Below are positions 1 through 11,538 of a stretch of 64,000 nt of DNA, one piece after another. Position 1 is the stretch's first letter; each line of letters begins with the position of its first letter. The stretch comes from Mobula hypostoma. Lineage: Eukaryota. The notes under the pieces were generated by a model. The model had not been told where the DNA came from, did not search any database, and saw only the letters and a program-made list of their open reading frames with translations. The DNA is taken from contig NC_086109.1 in the NCBI RefSeq assembly GCF_963921235.1, positions 32,738,001-32,802,000 of the forward strand, in the 5' to 3' direction. The position numbers and the translations under genes were made by a program.

Positions 1-416
1 GACTTCTCTAACTTCCACTAAGACCCCACCTCCCCCTCGTACCCCATCTGTTACTTATTTTTATGCACACATTCTTTCTCTCACTCTCCTTTTTCTCCCT
101 CTGTCCCTCTGAATATACCTCTTGCCCATCCTCTGGGTCCCCCCCCACCCCTTGTCTTTCTTCCTGGACCTCCTGTCCCATGATCCTCTCGTATCCCCTT
201 TTGCTAATCACCTGTCCAGCTCTTGGCTCTATCCCTCCCCCTCCTGTCTTCTCCTATCATTTTGGATCTCCCCCTCCCTCTCCAACTTTCAAGTCCCTTA
301 CTCACTCTTCTTTCAGTTAGTCCTGACGAAGGGTCTCGGCCTGAAACGTCAACTGCACCTCTTCCTACAGATGCTGCCTGGCCTGCTGTGTTCACCAGCA
401 ACTTTGATGTGTGTTG
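1..416 (+). mobile_element. Penelope-like retroelement (family 1), 3' end/pLTR, truncated by the window edge
   Basis: Opens with GACTTCTCTAACTTCCACTAA (DFSNFH*), matching the C-terminus of the GIY-YIG ORF at 1038-1364. It is close to the reverse complement of 10380-10790 and has a hammerhead core at 323-350. Confidence 0.85.
318..355 (+). ncRNA. Minimal type I hammerhead ribozyme motif (PLE family 1), stem I mutated
   Basis: TAGTC-CTGACGA-AGG(GTCTCGG)CCT-GAAA-CGTC-AACTG. Core boxes at 323-329 and 343-346. Other copies have GACTG after the cleavage triplet. Confidence 0.7.
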
Positions 417-677
417 CCCCTCCTACATTTACAGACTTAGTCCAGCGGTCGTGGAGCATACGAATCTTGGACTTCCAGAAAGTGTCCACAGCAGGGGTGA
501 TCGATAAGTTCGTGGCCTAAGGTAGAAGGAGATGAGTTATACAGCTCCTGTTACATACACATGCAATTCAACTCTTTGAGTGATTATGCAGGAAGTTTGA
601 GGTTAATAACTCATCAGTTAATAACTCATCGGGAAGATTGATAGGTTCATGGCCTAAGGTAGAAGGAGATGAGTTAT
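417..677 (+). mobile_element. Fragment of a mariner-type MITE, same family as 40551-41038
   Basis: Shares CCCCTCCTACAT..ACTTAGTCCAG.GGTCGTGGAGCATA and GGGGTGAT.GATAAGTTCGTGGCCTAAG.TAGAAGGAG with the element at 40551. Confidence 0.75.
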
Positions 678-857
678 TTGTGTGTATTGTAAATATCGTA
701 ATATTTTATTATGAAAAAAGTTTATTTTGTTAAAAATCAATTATTAAGTTTAAATGTGACAAGTTCACAAAAACCCACATTTATCCATTAATCTCATCTT
801 AATAAAATTACACAAAACGTTGTGACAAAGTTAAAGAAAATGATAAGTAGATATAGT

Positions 858-1556
858 AAGCACAAGGAAATCTGCAGATGCTGGAAATTCAAGCAACACA
901 CACAAAATGCTGGTGGAACACAGCAGGCCAGGCAGCATCTATAGGAAGAGGTACCGTCGATGTTTTGGGCCGAGACCAAAAAAGGGTAAATAAATAGATA
1001 GATTGATAAGAGATGGGGTACGAAAGGGAGGAGGGCATTAACGGAAGTTAGAGAAGTCAATGTTCATGCCATCAGGTTGGAGGCTACCCAGACGGAATAT
1101 AAGGTGTTGTTCCTCCAACCTGAGTGTGGCTTCATCTTTACAGTAGAGGAGGCCATGGATAGACATGTCAGAATGGGAATGGGATGCAGAATTAAAATGT
1201 GTGGCCACTGGGAGATCCTGCTTTCTCTGGCGGACAGAGCGTGGGTGTTCAGCAAAACGGTCTCCCAGTCTGCGTTGGGTCTCGCCAATATATAGAAGGC
1301 CACATCGGGAGCACCGGACGCAGTATATTACCCCAGCCGACTCACAGGGGAAGTGTTGCCTCACCTGGAAGGACTGTCTGGGGCCCTGAATGGTGGTGAG
1401 GGAGGAAGTGTAAGGGCATGTCTAGCACTTGTTCCGCTTACAAGGATAAGTGCCAGGAGGGAGATCAGTGGGAAGAGATGGGGGGGACGAATGGACAAGG
1501 GAGTCACGTAGGGAGCAATCCCTGTGGAAAGCAGAATGAGGGGAGGAGGGAAAGAT
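858..1556 (-). mobile_element. Penelope-like element fragment with GIY-YIG endonuclease domain
   Basis: ORF 1038-1364(-): GVIYCVRCSRCGLLYIGETQRRLGDRFAEH...PVATHFNS..H...RLEEQHLIFRLGSLQPDGMN shows the GIY-YIG and CxxC signature of PLEs. pLTR sequence at 860-977. Confidence 0.9.
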
Positions 1557-1624
1557 ACAGTACTGCGTAAAAGTCTTAGGTGCCCTAGCTATATATGTGC
1601 CTAAGGCTTTTGCACAGTACTATA
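1557..1624. repeat. ~65-bp palindromic Tc1-like mini-MITE; a second copy is split at 2031-2072 / 3702-3732
   Basis: TACAGTACTGCGTAAAAGTCTTAGG...CCTAAGGCTTTTGCACAGTACTATA is self-complementary with CAGT ends and TA flanks. Confidence 0.7.
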
Positions 1625-2072
1625 TTTACTACATTTGTCAACGTGAAGCGGACAGCGAGTTTGTAAATCTGGCAGGAGCATAAGATGTTGGGAATGGTGA
1701 GGGTGGAGTGCAGAGGGAAGGGTGTGGGACAAGGTGCAGAGGAGAGCCGGTGGCACGGGTGTAGACACACACTCCCAGCCCTGAGACACCAGGCAAGGTC
1801 ATTTGTTTCCAAACATCTGGTTTATTAATTATTACAGAATGCCTCTCTGTTGATTCCCACTCCCTCTCCTCTTCTTTCTCCTCTTCCCAACCATGATTGC
1901 CCTCTCCCTGTCCCCTTCCTACTCTCAGTCCACAATAGACACCCATATGAGAATCAGGTTAATCATCACTCGCATATGTCATGGAATTTCTTTTTTTGTC
2001 TTATCAGTACTGTGCAATACATAAAGTTACTACAGTACTGTGCAAAATTCTTAGACACCCTAACTATATATA

Positions 2073-3701
2073 TAGTTCCTATAAAAAGTGTTCACCCACC
2101 CCCCTGGAAGTTTTCAAGTTTTATTGTTAAGTATTCACCCCTTCGTCAGTATTTAGAATATGTACCTTTGGCAGCAGTTACAGCTTTGAGTCTGTGTGGA
2201 TAGATATCTATCAGTTTTGCACATCTGGGTACTGCAATTTTTCCCCATTCTTTATAAAACTGCTCAAACTCTGTCAGATCACATGGGGATTATGAATAAA
2301 CAGATCTTTTCAAGTCCAGACACAAATTCTCAATTGGATTGAGGCCTGGACTCTGACTTGGCCATTCCAGGATATTAACTTTGTTGTTTTTAAACCATTC
2401 CTCTGTAGCTTTGGCTTTATGCTTGGGGTCATCGTCTTGCTAGAAAATAAATCTTCTTCCAAGTTGCAGTTGACTTGCAGACTGCATCAGGTTTTCTTCC
2501 AGCATTTCCCTGTGTTTTGCTGCATTCATTTTACCCTCTACCTTCACAAGTCTTCCAGGACCTGCTGCAGTGAAGCATCCCCACAGCATGATGCAGCCAC
2601 CACCATGCTTCATGGTAGGGATGGTGTGTTTTTGATGTTGTATGCTGTTTGGCTTACACTAAACTGTGTTTAGTCTGATGTCCATAAAGCTCAATTTAGG
2701 TTTCATCAGACCATAAAACCTTCTTCAGCTGACTTCAGAGCCTCCCATGTGCCTTCTGGCAAACCCCAGCCAAGATTACATGTGACTTTATTTCAACTGT
2801 GGCTTTCTTTCTTTGCCGCTTTTCCATAAAGCTGTGACTGGTGAAGGCCCCGGGCAACAGTTGTTGCATGCACAGTATCTCCCATCTCAGCCACTGAAGC
2901 TTGTAGCTCCTCCAGAGTTGTCATAGGTTTCTTGGTCGTTTCCCTCATTAGTCTCCTTCTTGTACGGTCACTCAGTTTTTGAGGACGGCCTGCTCTAGGC
3001 AGATTTACAGCTGTGCAATATTCTTTCCATTTCTTAATGATCAACTGAACTGTACTCCAAGGGATAGTCAGTGACTTGGAAATTTTCTTGTAACCATCTC
3101 CAGACTTGTGCTATTCAATAACCTTTTTGTGGAGTTACTTGGAGAGTTCTTTTTGTCTTCATGGTGTAGTTTTTGCCAGGATACTGACTCACCAGCAGCT
3201 GGTCTTTCCAGATACAGGTATATTTTTACTACAATCAATTGAAACATCTTGACTGTACACAGGTGATCTTTCCTTAACTAATTATTTGACCTCTAAGACC
3301 AACTGGCTGCACCAGTGATGATTTGGTGTGTCATGTTAAAGGGGGGTGACAGTTATGTGTTTCACTTTGTGTTTTATATTTGCAATTAATTTAGATCACT
3401 TTGTAGAGATCTGTTTCCACTTTGACACGAAAGAATCTTTTTCTGTTGATCAGTGTCAAAAAAAGCCAAATTACATCCACCGTGATTCAGTGTTGTAAAA
3501 CAATAAAACATGAGATCATGAGACCATAAGACATAGGAGCAGAATTGGGTTATTCAGCCGATTGAGTCTGCTCCAGGATCAGCCATGTTGAAATGGCAGA
3601 GCAAACTCGAAGGTGTCAATAGCCTAATTGTGCTCCTATGTCTTATGGTCTTATGAAAACTTCCCGGGGGGGGGGGAGATGAATACTTTTTATAGGTGCT
3701 G
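2073..3701 (-). mobile_element. Tc1-family DNA transposon with decayed transposase (~3162 to 2146)
   Basis: TIRs TAGTTCCTATAAAAAGTGTTCACC (2073) and GATGAATACTTTTTATAGGTGCTG (ends 3701), TA on both sides. Minus-strand peptides IIKKWKEY..VNLPRAGRPQKLS (GRPxK motif), [20 protein letters not shown] and AAKGTYSKY*. Confidence 0.92.
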
Positions 3702-3734
3702 TACGTGTCTAAGACTTTTGCACGGTACTGTAGA

Positions 3735-6508
3735 TTACCAAAAATGGAGGGTTGGCCTAGCAGAGGAAAGATACAGCGGTCAGGGCTCTGGCACTGAGTC
3801 TGGCTCTGTGATTCAGAAGGGAAGCGGGGAGAAGAGGCACGCTGTGGAGATAAGGGATTTACTCGTTAAGGAAACAGAAGGGAGATCCTGTGGATGAGAA
3901 CGAGATTCCCAGATGGTGTGTTGCCTCCTGGGGGCCCGGGTCTGGGATATTTTGCCTCAAATCCTTAGCGTTCTTAAGTGACGGAGTGAGTAGCCAGAGG
4001 TCGTGGTCCATGCAGGTACCATAGGAAGGAAGAGGTCCTGCAAAATGAGTTCAGGGAGTTAGGTGCTATGTTAAAGGACATGACCTTCAGAGTTGTGATA
4101 TCAGGATTGCTACCCATGCCATGTACTAGTGAGGCCAGAAATGGAAAGATCACACAGTTTAACATGTAGCTAAGGAGTTGATGTAGGAGAGAGGGCATCA
4201 GATTTTAGGATCATCTGGTTCTCTTCCAGGGAAGGTGGGACCTGTACAGAAGAGATGTTTTGCACCTGAACTTGAAGGGGACTAATACCCTTGTGGGAAG
4301 GTTTGCTAGTACTGCATGGGGGTAGGGTTTTAAACTAGAGTTGTGGAGAGATAGGTACCAGAGTGCCAGAGCCGATAGTGAAACAGTTGTGGGGACAGAT
4401 TTTAAGACCTCAGACAAAATCAAGAATCAAAAGGTTGAGTATGGTGGGACTAATGTTCTAAGTTGCTTATTTCAATGCAAGAAGTATTGTAGGAAACACA
4501 GATGAACTCAGGGCATGGATTAACAGAGAATTATGATATGTGGTCATTAGTCAGGCTTGGTTGCAGGAGGGACGGGACTAGCAGCTCAATATTCCAGGGT
4601 TCTGTTGTTTTAGACCTGATAGAGCAGGAGGGATTACAGGTGGAGGGGTAGCAATTCTAGTCAGGGAAAATGTTGTGGCAATGCTTAGTCAGGACAAACT
4701 GGAGAACTTGTCTAGTGAGGAAAAGAGAGTTATGACCATGTTAGTGGGGCTATATTTTAGACTACCCAACAGTCCACAGGATTTAGAACAACTTTGTAGA
4801 GAGATTTATTGACTGGGATTCCCATACTGTAAAAGGACTAGATAGGATAGAATTTGTGATATGTGTTCAGGAAAGTTTCCTTAATTAGTGCATAGAAGTC
4901 CCAACGAGAGAGTGTGTGATATTTGATCTATTAGGGAACGACACAAGGAAATTCTCAATAGTTTGTGTGGATGAACACATTGAATCTAGTGATCATAATG
5001 CCGTTAGTTTCAAGGTGAATATGGAAAAGGATAGGTCTGGTCCTCAGGTTGCGATTCTAAATTGGAGAAAAGCACATTTTGATGGCATCAGAAAGGATCT
5101 GGGAATTGTGGATTGAAATAGGTTGTTTTCTGGCAAAGGCATACTTGGGAAGTGGGAGACCTTCAAGAGTGACATTTTGAGAATACGAAGCTTGTATGTG
5201 CCTGTCAGAATAAAAACCAAGGATAACAGTTTCAAGGAACTTTGGTTTTCAAGAGATATTGAGGCCTTAATTAAGGAAAAAAAGAAGGTGCTTAGCAGTT
5301 ATTAGTGGGTAGGAACAAATGAAGTACTTGTGGAGTATAAGAAATGCAAGAGAACACAATAAACAAATCAGGAGGGCTAAAGGAAGGCATGAGGTTGCTC
5401 TGGCACACAAGGTGAAGGAAAATCTTATGAGCTTCTGCAGGTATGTTAAGAGCAAAAGGAATGCAAAGGACAAAATTGGTCCTCTGGAAGATCAGAATGG
5501 TAATCTATGTGTGGAGCCAAAAGAGATGGGGGAAATCTTAAATAGATTTTTTTGCATCTGTTTTTACTTGGGAGTTAGACAAAGAGTCTATAGATGTGAG
5601 GCAAAGCAGCAGCAAGGTCGTGGACCCTATAGAAATTAAAGAGGAGGAGGTGTTTGCTGTCTTGAGGCAAATTAGGGTGGACAAACCCCCTTACAAGGTG
5701 TGCCCTTGGACCATGTGGAAGACAAGTGCAGAAACTGCAGGGGCCCTAGCAGAGAAGCTTAAATCATCCTGAGGAACAGATGAGGTACCGGAGGATTGAA
5801 GGATAGCTAATGTTGTTCTGTTGTTTAAGAAAGTCTCTAAAAATAAACCAGGAGGCCAGTGAGCCTGCTATTAGTAGTAGGAAATTTATTGGAAGGTATT
5901 CCAAGGGACTAGATTTGAGTATTTGGATAGAAAGGGACTGATTAGGGATAGTCAGCATGGCTTTGTGCGTGGTAGGTTATATTTAACCAATCTTATAGAG
6001 CTTTTAGAGGATGTTACCAGGAAAGCTGATGAAGGCAAGGCAGTGGATGTTGTCTACATGGACTTCAGCCAGGCACTTGACAAGGTCCCACATGGGAGGT
6101 TAGTCAAGAAGGTTCAGTAAATTCAGGATAAGGTAATAAACTGGATTAGAAATTGGTTTCATGGAAGAAGCCAGAGAGTGGTAGTACTTGGTTGCCTCTC
6201 TGACTGGAGGCCAGTGAGCAGTGGAGTGCACCAGAGATTGGTGCTGGGTCCATTGTTATTTGTCATCTATATCAATGATCTGGATGATAATGTGGTTAAC
6301 TGGATCAGCAAATTGGGGTTGTAGTGGACAGCAAGGAAGACTATCAAAGCTTAAGGGGATCTAGAGCAGCAGGAAAAATGGGCTGAAAAATGGCAGATGG
6401 ATTTTAAAGCAGACTACTGTGAGGTGTTACACTTTGAGAGGACCAACCAGGATAGGTCTTACACCGTGAGTGTTAGGGCACTGAGGAGTGCAGTAGAACA
6501 AAGGGACA
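3735..6508 (+). mobile_element. Degenerate CR1 LINE: ORF1 SGNH-esterase remnant, APE endonuclease and RT, with many stops and frameshifts
   Basis: Peptides SDHNAVSFKVNMEKD..ILNWRKAHFDGIRKDL, SFCRYVKSKR..KIGPLEDQNG, LIRDSQHGFVRGR..TNLIE...VDVVYMDFSQALDKVPHGRL. Esterase-like MVCCLLGARV and EVVVHAGT near 3910-4020. Confidence 0.9.
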
Positions 6509-8304
6509 CTGTGAATAGATCTGGGCACTATGCCTTTGGGAAGAAGAGTTACACCAAATATGATCAACCAGAATAATAGTTCCAACAATTCCAACAATTA
6601 GTATACTACAGAGTTATGTTTCTTGTAATTTGGAAAGCTAAGTGTGATTTGATTCTTGAAGGTATTAAGGAGAACTTAAAGTGTTAGGCATATTTTAAGA
6701 AAGAGTTAGAAATAGTTCTTATGGGTAAAGAGATTAATGAATATGGGGAGAAAGCAGAAACATGATGTGGAACTTGGATAAGCAGCTAGGATTGTACTGA
6801 AGACCCTGTTGTACTACTTTCTACATGACTGAGCTCTATATTGTCCATATTTTCCAATGAATCTTTATTACCAGAGGATGTTGTACATCTATACAGGTGT
6901 TGATTGACTAGCCAGTAATTTAGTTTTAGCTTCAACACCTGCAGCTTTTTCTTCGCTTTTCTTTGCTAAAATAGGAAATATACTGCTCACTTAATTAGTG
7001 ACCTTCTCCAAATCATTTGACAATTGCATGCATCGGAATTACAAATTTAAGAAAAATGGTTCATTGCTTGTTACGGTAGAAGAATTTACCGTTCAGCTTT
7101 CTGAGGTATATGTCGATGTAAACCTGTCGATGAATCTATTTTCCCTTCAAGTTGAACACTGTGTCAGAAATCAAGAGTATTAAATTCTTCCATTATGATC
7201 CTCATGTTTGTTATAATTAAGAACATCTTCTGTAGCTGATAGTCAATGGAGAAATAATACCATCCTAAACTAAAACAGAAACCACAGGAAATCTGCAACA
7301 GTTCAAGCAGTATCGTGAATATAAAAACTCTATACATTCAAATCAATAACCTGCATCCAGATGTTACCATTTTATTTTAATGTACCAAAAAATCATCTAC
7401 AAATTAAACTATGCAGTATTTCCTACATTCATAGATCTAGTGAATTGCTCTAATTCAGAAGTCCTAGTTAACAACTCTCGCATGAGTTATAATTCATCCC
7501 GAGAATTTATTAGCTTTGGGGACCAAGATGGATTATGTTTTGTTTCCCTGACGAATATTCCAACGCTTCCATATGTCTTATCTTCTTGGGTGACTGTACA
7601 AAGGAAACCTTACACAATTAAGCACCGAGGTCATGAATGAGGTGTCTGTTCTATTGCCGGTGCAGTGATGTCAATCTCTGTACCACATTTTCTGCAGTTG
7701 TTAGTAAGCTTTTTTTTACTATCATAACAAAGACTATTTTGGAATTTCATTTGCATTTTCGGTTAATTGGTTTAAATGATAGGGCTTCAGCTCACTGACA
7801 GAATTCTCAGCACTGACAAGTTTGCAGGGTTCAAGTCTCATTCCTGAGACTGATACAAAATTTAAGTGATCATGCTGTATTGCCCTAAACTTTGTGGGAT
7901 ATTATACTGCACTCTGGATGATTGCAGAACCCAGACTACTATTCCAAATGCACATGAAGTTTCCATGACTCTATTTTAAAGTAGATCAATTGTGTTCAGT
8001 GCATCGAATGACCACTTCTCATACATAAGCAATGTGTTAAAACAGAGCAACTCATTGGTATTGCTTGATCTGCTGCTGGAGCTTTATAAGACCATGAGGT
8101 TCTGAAATCTATTATTTGTATTTTAGAAACATTTTTTGACATGTGTCATTGTCACAAGCAAACTCATTATTTGAATCTCTTCAGTCCATGACATTGTTGT
8201 GTATTCAATTCACACCAGGCGACTGAGCATTTACCATTATCTTCTCACTAATTATACAATTACATTGCCCACAAGAAATCACACAACTCCTATAATTACT
8301 CTTT

Positions 8305-8669
8305 CCGTCTTCATCATGATTCAGGACATTTACAAGGACATGTGTGTAAAAAGTGCCCGTAGGATCACTGGGGACCCAAGCCATCCCAACCACAATCTAT
8401 TCCAACTGCTACCATCTGGGAAGCGGTACCGCAGCAAAAAAGCCAGGATCAGCAGGCTCTGGGACAGCTTCTTCCACCAGGCCATCAGACTGATGAACTC
8501 ACACTGACTTGAGTGTACTTTATGTTACATTGACTCTTCTACTTATTATAAATTATTATAAATTACTATGATTGCACATTGCATATTTAGATGGAGATGT
8601 AACATAAAGATTTTTACTCCTCATGTATGTGAAGGATGTAAGAAATAACGTCAATTCAATTCAATTCAA
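8305..8669 (+). mobile_element. 3' end of a Rex/Babar-type LINE
   Basis: DPSHPNHNLFQLLPSGKRYRS...RLWDSFFHQAIRLMNS C-terminal motif, followed by a 3' UTR and a (TCAAT)n tail at 8651-8669. Confidence 0.8.
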
Positions 8670-8997
8670 ATTCTATAAATTAATGCTGAGAATGAAACAT
8701 TCTACTTGGATAGAGCAAAACAAATGTACCTTAAAGTATGACAAAGCTAAATAATTAACATCATGCTGAATTCTTCGTTGCAAAAGCAAAATCAGATGTG
8801 TAGATTTACATTTTGGTTACAACCATATTTTATTAATGAATTGCTTGTTATCACAGACACTTCAAATGGGCACTTTTAGACACGGTGGGGCAAATCTGCT
8901 GGTATTATGGGAGTTAATTAAATAGATTCAGCTCTTGAATTGGTCACAGCTTCATGTTCATACCCACCATTATATAAAAGTGATTTATGGAGCATTT

Positions 8998-9238
8998 CTA
9001 AAAACGCAAACGACAGGAATTCTGCAGATGCTGGAAATTCAAGCAACACACATCAAAGTTGCTGGTGAACGCAGCAGGCCAGACAGCATCTCTAGGAAGA
9101 GGTACAGTCGACGTTTCAGGCAGAGACCCCTCGTCAGGACTAACCTGACGAAGGGTCTCGGCCTGAAACATCGACTGTACCTCTTCCTAGAGATGCTGCC
9201 TGGCCTGCTGCGTTCACCAGCAACTTTGATGTGTGTTG
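8998..9238. mobile_element. Non-coding fold-back PLE insertion (two inverted pLTR ends) with 14-bp TSD
   Basis: Arms 9044-9138 and 9144-9238 are near-perfect reverse complements. TTTATGGAGCATTT occurs at 8984-8997 and 9239-9252. Confidence 0.92.
9105..9142 (-). ncRNA. Minimal type I hammerhead ribozyme motif, core intact
   Basis: Minus strand reads TAGTC-CTGACGA-GGG(GTCTCTG)CCT-GAAA-CGTC-GACTG. Stem I is TAGTC/GACTG and the cleavage triplet is GUC. Confidence 0.75.
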
Positions 9239-10379
9239 TTTATGGAGCATTTTTTGGCTTTGATTTATGATGGGCCCAACATGTTTTTTTTAGTGCAAGT
9301 ACATAAAGAAAGTGTGAAACTAGTGTCAGGAGTCACAGAAAAAAACCCAGACCAGATAAGGATGGCAGCATTTCTTCCACTATCAATATTAGTGAACCTG
9401 TCAGGCATTTACACCTGTTCGGTAGATTGATACTTTGCATTATTAATAGAATTACAATTTTGCAGCTCACTTCACTATTATAGGTCACTAGTCAAGTCTT
9501 TTGAGCTGGTAATTTCACTAGCATGAGACTGGAGTCATAGTCTAGTATCGTTATCACAATAATATTGCATGCAAGTGGTTACAAATATAACAATTACAAA
9601 CATTTAGGAGATGATTGCAGGAATAAGTTGTTAGTGATGAAGTTAAGTATAATTTACTACTGACAATAAGAACTGTACCTACTAATTATCCGGCCATGGT
9701 ACATTACACTCAGTCTGGGAAGCATTCTCTCCCTATAATTACTGGCCTGCATTCTCCATTCAATGATTACAGATCATTGTTTCTCTTCCCTCCAACATCT
9801 CTCTGCACCTTTCCACATGTATCAGTCTCTTATCTGCAAATCCTCCTTTCCTAGAGCCTTGCCCACACCATCTCTTTCGGATCTTGCTTGCTGTACTCTG
9901 CTACTGGGGCAGTAGAGGCACGTTATTTAAATGCAAAAACCTATTTGGCATAAAGGCATCATCAAAAAAAGGAATTCTGTAGTACATTGAAGTAAGTTCT
10001 GACCCATCACATACACTGGCAGGAAGTTTTTTGCTTATAATTAATATAGTGACCAATCTCTGAAAATAGAAGATTTCTGGAAATTCCAATGTTTCTCTGC
10101 TTTGGCAAGAAGAAGCCTGAAGGCAGATGAGTAGCACTGAACGTATATGGATGTGGTAGAAACAGACAAGAAATGACTTATAAATTACATTGTTAGTTAA
10201 AGGATATGATACAAAGATGATACAAAGTCAATGAAAATTTTTTTGAATAAATAAAATAAGAATTTTGCTCTGGAATTGGTGAATTAATATATATGAATGT
10301 GAAGCATGCACAATAACTACCTAAGAGCAAATAGGTTAAGCAACTACATATTATAGAAAGAAAGCACTGCTGCTCAATT

Positions 10380-11015
10380 AACACACATCAAAGTTGCTGG
10401 TGAATGCAGCAGGCCAGGCAGCATCTTTAGGAAGAGGTGCAGTCGACGTTTCAGGCCAAGACCCTTCGTCAGGACTAACTGAAGGAAGAGTTAGTAAGAG
10501 ATTTGAAAGTGGGAGGGGGAGGGGGAGATCCAAAATGATAGGAGAAGACAGGAGGGGGAGGGGATGGAGCCAAGAGCTGGACAGGTGATTGGCAAAAGGG
10601 GATACGAGAGGATCATGGGACAGGAGGTCCGGGAAGAAAGACGGGGTGGGGGAACCCAGATGATGGGCAAGAGGTATATTCAGAGGGACAGAGGGAGAAA
10701 AAAGAGAGTGAGAGAAAGAATGTGTGTATAAAAATAAATAACAGATGGGGTACGAGGGGGAGGTGGGGCATTAGCGGAAGTTAGAGAAGTCAATGTTCAT
10801 GCCATCAGGTTGGAGGCTACCCAGACGGAATATAACGTGTTGTTCCTCCAACCTGAGTGTGGCTTCATCTTTACAGTAGAGGAGGCCGTGGATAGACATG
10901 TCAGAATGGGAATGGGATGTGGACCTCTTCCTAGAGATGCTGTCTGGTCTGCTGCGTTCACCAGCAACTTTGATGTGTGTTGCTTGAATTTCCAGCATCT
11001 GCAGAATTCCTGTTG
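10380..11015 (-). mobile_element. 5'-truncated PLE with inverted pLTR and 14-bp TSD
   Basis: GIY-YIG C-terminus (HSHSDMSIHGLLYC...DGMNIDFSNFR*) at 10771-10920(-). Inverted pLTR copy at 10923-11015. TSD ACTGCTGCTCAATT at 10366-10379 and 11016-11029. Confidence 0.92.
10440..10477 (-). ncRNA. Minimal type I hammerhead ribozyme motif, core intact
   Basis: Minus strand reads TAGTC-CTGACGA-AGG(GTCTTGG)CCT-GAAA-CGTC-GACTG. Confidence 0.8.
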
Positions 11016-11483
11016 ACTGCTGCTCAATTTGTTGTTTTCATTTACCAGATATCAGGCCATATTCCCTTTCTGATTGCAAGTACACATTTGGAATCATTAC
11101 CTCAATGTTTAATATAAATTTGTTTATTTTCATAATCAATATTAAGAATCCCCTGGATTGGGTGCAAGTCCTACAGCACCAGTAAGAGGGAGATCTCTAA
11201 TGTTACATTTGTCTGGTTGTTAATTTGTAGGTACAGTATTTGTTACTGAGGTTGATAATCAGATCAACACGAGGTGATTTAAATTATTATAAATAAGAAA
11301 AAATGTCACTGTACATTATTTTTAAATGGTTCGATCATTGTGTGTTTCATACTAAAAAAACTTTGAACGTAAAAACTGTTTCAATTTATTTGTATGCAAT
11401 TGACACATAACAAAGTAAATTCTTTCTGGAATTAATTATTGCAGGACCAAAGAAACAATAGGAAATACTCCATTCCATTGGAG

Positions 11484-11538
11484 ATGGAAAGCAAAGATGA
11501 AGTCAGTGATTCTGATAGTGGAGTCATTCTCCAGTCAG
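11484..11538 (+). CDS. INAVA: INAVA (C1orf106) orthologue, coding exon 1 (exon begins at 11445)
   Basis: MESKDEVSDSDSGVILQS(G) matches the N-terminus I recall for human INAVA (MESKDEVSDTDSGIILQSG). Acceptor ttgcag|11445, donor G|gtaaat, phase 1. Confidence 0.9.

Noticed and set aside
11231..11273. Possible small upstream exon (ttgtag|...GAG|gtgatt)
   Set aside because: Weak donor, an in-frame TGA, and no independent support.
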